Below the pieces are notes generated by a model. The model saw nothing but the letters and a program-made list of their open reading frames with translations. It made no database searches and was not told where the DNA came from. Both the position numbers and the translations under genes were made by a program. Positions 40,788 through 45,001 of a stretch of 45,001 bases of DNA are shown here, piece after piece. Numbering within the stretch: position 1 is the first letter of the stretch; each line of letters starts with the position of its first letter. Source of the stretch: Candidatus Woesebacteria bacterium (GTDB lineage Bacteria > Patescibacteriota > Microgenomatia > UBA8517); NCBI GenBank assembly GCA_016181165.1, contig JACOZU010000005.1:1-45001 (forward strand), in the 5' to 3' direction.

Positions 40788-41471
40788 ATGACCGAAATTA
40801 CCAAACTAAAAAGCCTTTTTAAGGACAAAGACGTACTCACCCTCGCCCTCACCCATAAATCCTGGGTCAACGAGCACCCCGGAGAAAGGGGAACCAATGA
40901 GCGGCTGGAATTTTTGGGGGATGCAGTTTTGGAATTTGTCGTTTCCAAAGAACTTTACGAAAAATTTCCCGAAAAAGAAGAAGGGTATTTAACTGCGCTA
41001 AGGGCAAATCTAGTTAATACCGATAATCTCTCGGAAGTCGCCCAAAGACTCGGAGTCGGGGAGAGCCTTTTTCTCTCCAAAGGCGAGGAGGAAGGCGGGG
41101 GTAGAGAAAATCCCTCGCTTTTGGCCGATACGGTCGAGGCCATCATCGGCGCCCTTTATTTAGACCAGGGACTTGATTTAGTCACTGAATTTATCGGCCA
41201 AAACATCATCGCCCTCCTACCCGAAAAAGTCAGCGGACACTTAAAAGACCCAAAAAGCAGACTCCAGGAATATGCTCAGGGGAAGGGCCTTCCCGCCCCA
41301 AGATACAAAGTCATTTCGGAGGTAGGCCCCGACCACGACAAAAAATTCGTCATCGAGGTCGCCATTTCCGGAAAATCGTGGGGGGAGGGGACAGGCAAAA
41401 GTAAAGCCATCGCCGAACAGGAAGCTGCCCAAAAGGCCTTAAGTATGGTACAATCGCAAGACGCGGAATAA
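40788..41471 (+). CDS. rnc: ribonuclease III
   Basis: 227 aa. The ERLEFLGDAVLEF signature, and a C-terminal dsRBD (DPKSRLQEYAQ...GKSKAIAEQEAAQKAL). Confidence 0.92.
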   Translation: MTEITKLKSLFKDKDVLTLALTHKSWVNEHPGERGTNERLEFLGDAVLEFVVSKELYEKFPEKEEGYLTALRANLVNTDNLSEVAQRLGVGESLFLSKGEEEGGGRENPSLLADTVEAIIGALYLDQGLDLVTEFIGQNIIALLPEKVSGHLKDPKSRLQEYAQGKGLPAPRYKVISEVGPDHDKKFVIEVAISGKSWGEGTGKSKAIAEQEAAQKALSMVQSQDAE

Positions 41472-41477
41472 CAATTG

Positions 41478-41702
41478 ATGCTGAAAATTAGACTCAATCG
41501 AACCGGTGTCGCCAACAAACCCTTTTATCGGATCGTCGTTACCGATGAGCGAAAAAAACTTGGGGGGAAAGCTTTGGAGATTTTGGGATATTATCAGCCG
41601 GCCAAAGATGTTTTGGAGGTCAATCGCGAAAAGATTAAAGCTTGGGAGAAAAAGGGAGCCCGGGTGAGTCCCGCCGTTTCCAAACTTATCGGCAAATTAT
41701 GA
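41478..41702 (+). CDS. rpsP: 30S ribosomal protein S16
   Basis: 74 aa from ATG 41478 (MLKIRLNRTGVANKPFYRIVVTDERKK...). Confidence 0.92.
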   Translation: MLKIRLNRTGVANKPFYRIVVTDERKKLGGKALEILGYYQPAKDVLEVNREKIKAWEKKGARVSPAVSKLIGKL

Positions 41703-42001
41703 AAGACTTACTAACCTTTATTGTTAAAGGAATAATCGGGAAAGACAATTTCGAGATAGCCGAAGAAACCGAAGGGGAGAGGACCCATTTTCTCGTTAAA
41801 GCCCCCGAAGATTCGGTAGGCATAATTATCGGCAAAGAGGGAAAAACCATTAAAGCCATCCGCTCGCTTCTCAAGGTGCGGGCGACCCTTGAAAAAAAGG
41901 GCGTCGGGGTCTTAGTCGAAGGGGCTCTCCCGGACAGAGGGTCCCTGGGGGGGGAGGGTGGTAAAGGTGGGAAGGGAAAGACCCGAAAGGGTATCAAATA
42001 A
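41699..42001 (+). CDS. KH-domain RNA-binding protein (YlqC-like) with G/K-rich C-terminal tail
   Basis: 100 aa with ATGA overlap with rpsP. GxxG KH core (IIGKEGKTIKAIRSLL). About 22 extra residues (GSLGGEGGKGGKGKTRKGIK) extend into the convergent pilO-like gene. Confidence 0.8.
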   Translation: MKDLLTFIVKGIIGKDNFEIAEETEGERTHFLVKAPEDSVGIIIGKEGKTIKAIRSLLKVRATLEKKGVGVLVEGALPDRGSLGGEGGKGGKGKTRKGIK

Positions 42002-42586
42002 ACCTTCTTCTTCGCCAGTTAATTCGTTGACCGCCTCGGTTAAGCTCGGTAGCTTCGTGGGATAGCCGGCAAAATAAACCCTAATTCTGGCGTTGGCGCT
42101 GGCCACACCCCCTTGTTGATTCATTTTTACCGTGTCGATCGTCGAAAGAGGGGCCAGCGTTTTAATCGTCTTTAAGAAGGCGACAAGGGAGACCAAGTCT
42201 CCGTCGGCATCAAACGAAACGTCGACAAAAGAAACGTTACCGGCGTCGTTGGCGGCACTTATCTTAAAGGTGGTTATGGTTATACCCGAAACGGCTGCTA
42301 AATTTTTAATCTGGGAAATCATAATCAGAGCCGGGTTTTTCTCGGGGACAACGTTGGCCAGAACATCCACCTGGGAGCTAACCTCCGTCGCAATTTCCCT
42401 TAAAAGGTTTTCCTTTTGCTGCAGGATCCCTTGGGTTTTCCTTATGTCATTTAAGGTACTGCCTTGTTCGGAAATTTTGGCGATTCCCGTTCTTGCCCCG
42501 AAAACAAAAAGAATGATTGAAACCAAAAGATAAATCGATGGAACAAGAATTGCGGAAACGCTGGCACCAAATAAACCTTTTTTCAT
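41912..42586 (-). CDS. pilO: PilO-like type IV pilus assembly protein
   Basis: 224 aa. N-terminal TM helix, coiled-coil, then an alpha/beta domain. ATGA-coupled downstream of pilN. Assigned from position and architecture rather than a strong motif. Confidence 0.55.
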   Translation of the reverse strand: MKKGLFGASVSAILVPSIYLLVSIILFVFGARTGIAKISEQGSTLNDIRKTQGILQQKENLLREIATEVSSQVDVLANVVPEKNPALIMISQIKNLAAVSGITITTFKISAANDAGNVSFVDVSFDADGDLVSLVAFLKTIKTLAPLSTIDTVKMNQQGGVASANARIRVYFAGYPTKLPSLTEAVNELTGEEEGLFDTLSGLSLPTFTTLPPQGPSVRESPFD

Positions 42587-43113
42587 TTTACCTTCATGGA
42601 AAAGCTGGATATATAGCCTGCATTCGGATTAAAACTGAAGGAAACGAGGTCGACCTTGGCAAAAGCTTCTTGGGAAATAATGAGGGCCATCAGGGCCGTT
42701 AGGCCCTGAGAGTCGGTGGCCACAAAAGTTGCATCAAGGGTATCTTTGGAAATTACGGCTTCGGTTAGAGAGGCGCCGGCCGGAAGGCCCGAAGTTATGC
42801 CAACCAGTCCTTCGGCCTCGTCCCCCCCCGATTCCTCGGCCAGAACGAGCTTGGCCTTTGCCAGTCTATCCCTGACCAAGACCAGACTCTGTTCGGTTGT
42901 CTCAAGAGACTGAATCGAGGCTTTGAGCACCTCGGAACTTTGATTAAGGCTTCGGGTCTGGACGGAATTAAGGATAAACATGGCTAGCATCCCAAAGGCC
43001 GTCAAAAGAAAAAGGATAAAAGAGATAACGGCCAGATTTTTAATCAGGTTCGAGATTTTGACAACCTGTCCCTTAGGAGAAATCTCTGTCGGCAGTAAAT
43101 TGATGGCAGCCAT
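42583..43113 (-). CDS. pilN: PilN-like type IV pilus assembly protein
   Basis: 176 aa. N-terminal INLLP motif followed by a TM helix (LAVISFILFLLTAFGMLAMFIL) and a coiled-coil. Confidence 0.75.
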   Translation of the reverse strand: MAAINLLPTEISPKGQVVKISNLIKNLAVISFILFLLTAFGMLAMFILNSVQTRSLNQSSEVLKASIQSLETTEQSLVLVRDRLAKAKLVLAEESGGDEAEGLVGITSGLPAGASLTEAVISKDTLDATFVATDSQGLTALMALIISQEAFAKVDLVSFSFNPNAGYISSFSMKVK

Positions 43114-43118
43114 ATTAG

Positions 43119-44135
43119 TTACGCCTCCCTCATTGCCAGACCCACGGCAATTGAGTAAAGCGGGGCATAGGGCATCAGCGCCCGGGCAACTTCCGGGTCA
43201 ACCGCCACTTTAGCGAAGGGATTAGCGATCACCACCTCCATGCCGATATATTTGGTCAGCAGGGAAATGGCCTCGGGCATACCGGCGGTTCCTCCGGCTA
43301 AGATCACCGACTCTGGCGCCTCGCCCTTTTCTTCGGTCTGATAGAAGTGGATGGCTTTTTTCATCTCATCAACGACCATCCTAAAAACCGGGTCCAAGGC
43401 CCCTCTAATTTTGCCCTCAAGCTGACTCCCGGAGAGCCCATAGGCCCTTTTATATTCTTCGGCCTGGGAGAGTTCCACCCCCAGAGTTTGGGCAACCGCC
43501 CGAGTAAAGGCCTCTCCAGCCGTAGGAATTGTTCTGGTAAAGGACAGTTGACCGGACTTCACCACGGCGATATCGGTCGAGCGGGCGCCAAAATCAACCA
43601 GAAGAATGGTTTGGCCCTCCGGGGCCAGGGAGCGGGAGAGAGCCGTTAGCTCCGTTTCGACGGCAACCGCGTTGAGTCCGGCAAGTTGTACCGTTTTGAC
43701 ATAAAGCTCGATTATATTTCTGGGGGCGGCAATCAGAAGAACGGCGACTTCGGGGGGGGTAGTATTTTCCCTTCTTTCGATAATCGAATGCTGGACAATC
43801 GCTTCATTGATAGGAATGGGGATATATTGCTCCGCCTCCCATTTGACGGCGGAAACTATTTCCTGGTCGGTTAGGAGGGGAAATTTTATGGTTCTGGTAA
43901 AAACCTGGGTCTCGGGTAGGGCAATAATCACTTCCTTGGTAGAAATTCTGGCGTCTTGATGAAGTTTCCTGATGACGTTACCTAGGGCGAGGAGTTCCTT
44001 CGCGTCTTTGGCGTGCTCCGGGGATACCCCTTGATAGCCCACGATACCGGAGCCTCGCAACCTAAAGGCATTGCCTTCCTTTTCAAGCTCGACGATTTTA
44101 ATTGTCTTTGAACCAATATCGATTCCTACACTCAC
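43119..44135 (-). CDS. pilM: type IV pilus assembly protein PilM (actin-like ATPase fold)
   Basis: 338 aa. VGIDIGSKTIKIVEL phosphate-1 motif, VDFGARSTDIAV, and ILAGGTAGMPE. Confidence 0.9.
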   Translation of the reverse strand: MSVGIDIGSKTIKIVELEKEGNAFRLRGSGIVGYQGVSPEHAKDAKELLALGNVIRKLHQDARISTKEVIIALPETQVFTRTIKFPLLTDQEIVSAVKWEAEQYIPIPINEAIVQHSIIERRENTTPPEVAVLLIAAPRNIIELYVKTVQLAGLNAVAVETELTALSRSLAPEGQTILLVDFGARSTDIAVVKSGQLSFTRTIPTAGEAFTRAVAQTLGVELSQAEEYKRAYGLSGSQLEGKIRGALDPVFRMVVDEMKKAIHFYQTEEKGEAPESVILAGGTAGMPEAISLLTKYIGMEVVIANPFAKVAVDPEVARALMPYAPLYSIAVGLAMREA

Positions 44136-45001
44136 TTGCTGATTCCTCCGATGGAGAAGATGGCGACGTCAAAAACCGGCGGGGGTTCTCCAAAACCCTG
44201 AAAGACGTCGATTTTTCTATTTGCCTCGCCGGAAACTCCGGTAGATTCGATTCTTAGTCCCTGCGAGGGCAGAAGGGTGTTTCCCGCAAAATTGACGTTA
44301 ATTCCTGCCTCGTGGGCAACGTCGGTATTATAGAGAAGTCTGATTTTGGCAAACTGCAAGCCGTTTTGGACCCCGTATGAGCCGGCGGGAACGCCCAAGG
44401 AAGAGAGGTTAACCATCTTTTGGAATGCAAAACTTTCATTACCGGTGGTACAGGTGCCGGCATCGTTGGCAGAAAAATTATTTGAGCTCCTGCGGGTTGC
44501 ATTTGGATCCGCGGTTAACCGGGCAATTCTGGCCGTGCCCATATCTCCAGGGGTAGTCGCATAAAAAGTGCTTATTTCGATGGCCGGCGTGGTAGCGCCG
44601 CCCGAAGGAGTCCCGGGTTTACCCCAGCAAACTCTAAATTGGCTGCCGGTAAAACAAGGGTTAGAGGCGTCGCAGACCAAATTTCCATCGGCATCGTGGG
44701 CCACAAACCAAAAAATAAGAGATTCGCCGGAGGCAAGCGCCACTGGGTTCGCAAATTCCTGAGAGCCTGCCGCAAATCCGGAAACGTCGGCACTAAAAGC
44801 GGCGTCGCCGATGGTCGTTGTGCCGATATCGGCGCCCACAATTAAAGCCTGCTCAACCCCAGCCTCGGCCGCAGAGAAAGCCCTCAAAGCCTCCTCCTCC
44901 CGGGTGGTAACGGCAATGTCGGTAACGGTTCTTGAGAGAACGGAAAGAACGATAGTTAAGACCACGGCCATTGAAAGAAGCACCAGAAGGAGTGCCTGGC
45001 C
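44132..45001 (-). CDS. PilX-like / minor-pilin-like protein, 5-prime partial (runs off the window)
   Basis: The frame is open to the window edge. The N-terminal hydrophobic segment GQALLLVLLSMAVVLTIVLSVL resembles PilX_N. ATGA-type overlap with pilM. Confidence 0.55.
   Translation of the reverse strand, partial: GQALLLVLLSMAVVLTIVLSVLSRTVTDIAVTTREEEALRAFSAAEAGVEQALIVGADIGTTTIGDAAFSADVSGFAAGSQEFANPVALASGESLIFWFVAHDADGNLVCDASNPCFTGSQFRVCWGKPGTPSGGATTPAIEISTFYATTPGDMGTARIARLTADPNATRRSSNNFSANDAGTCTTGNESFAFQKMVNLSSLGVPAGSYGVQNGLQFAKIRLLYNTDVAHEAGINVNFAGNTLLPSQGLRIESTGVSGEANRKIDVFQGFGEPPPVFDVAIFSIGGISK

Noticed and set aside
1-45001. Alternative genetic code (UGA recoded, as in some CPR lineages)
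   Set aside because: TGA terminates several conserved genes at their expected C-termini (hsdM, tyrS, rpsP, hsdS). No conserved gene shows in-frame TGA. The standard bacterial code fits.

Overview
This is a 45-kb chromosomal window from a small-genome bacterium that uses the standard genetic code; TGA terminates several well-conserved genes at their expected ends. G+C is about 48-60% in the backbone lines I counted. Several housekeeping proteins are domain-minimised: trigger factor lacks its PPIase domain, ThrRS lacks the TGS and editing domains, and PheT lacks the B2 OB-fold. Together with a DUF5667-type protein, a PilM/N/O type IV pilus module and many start-proximal -10 boxes, this suggests a Candidate Phyla Radiation/Patescibacteria-like organism (inference only). 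The backbone carries cell-wall enzymes (three lytic-transglycosylase-like genes and PBP1A), a Y-family DNA polymerase, an Nramp-like transporter and an RRM protein. It also carries tig, three tRNAs (Leu-UAG, Val-GAC, Ala-GGC), a Cas4-like nuclease, pterin dehydratase and cutA. A trypsin-like protease is frameshifted in a G7 run at its catalytic Ser motif. The classical thrS-infC-rpmI-rplT-pheS-pheT cluster is preceded by a compact T-box-like leader. Further on are tyrS, recG, rpmF-nusB-rnc-rpsP-KH and a convergent pilX-like-pilM-pilN-pilO operon. The standout is an AT-rich island (30-40% G+C in sampled lines) of about 8.7 kb at roughly 17.3-26.0 kb that carries a Type I restriction-modification system. 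Its operon is interrupted twice by tightly coupled two-gene cassettes of unknown function. One is a pair of single-pass membrane proteins between hsdM and hsdS. The other is a DUF3800-like protein plus a 145-aa orphan between hsdS and hsdR. The island also has an HTH-fused HsdM behind a palindrome-flanked, apparently leaderless promoter, and a tail-anchored micro-protein after hsdR. I consider the embedded cassettes the best candidates for an undescribed defence module (guard or abortive-infection type). No CRISPR array, transposase, integrase or rRNA was seen.
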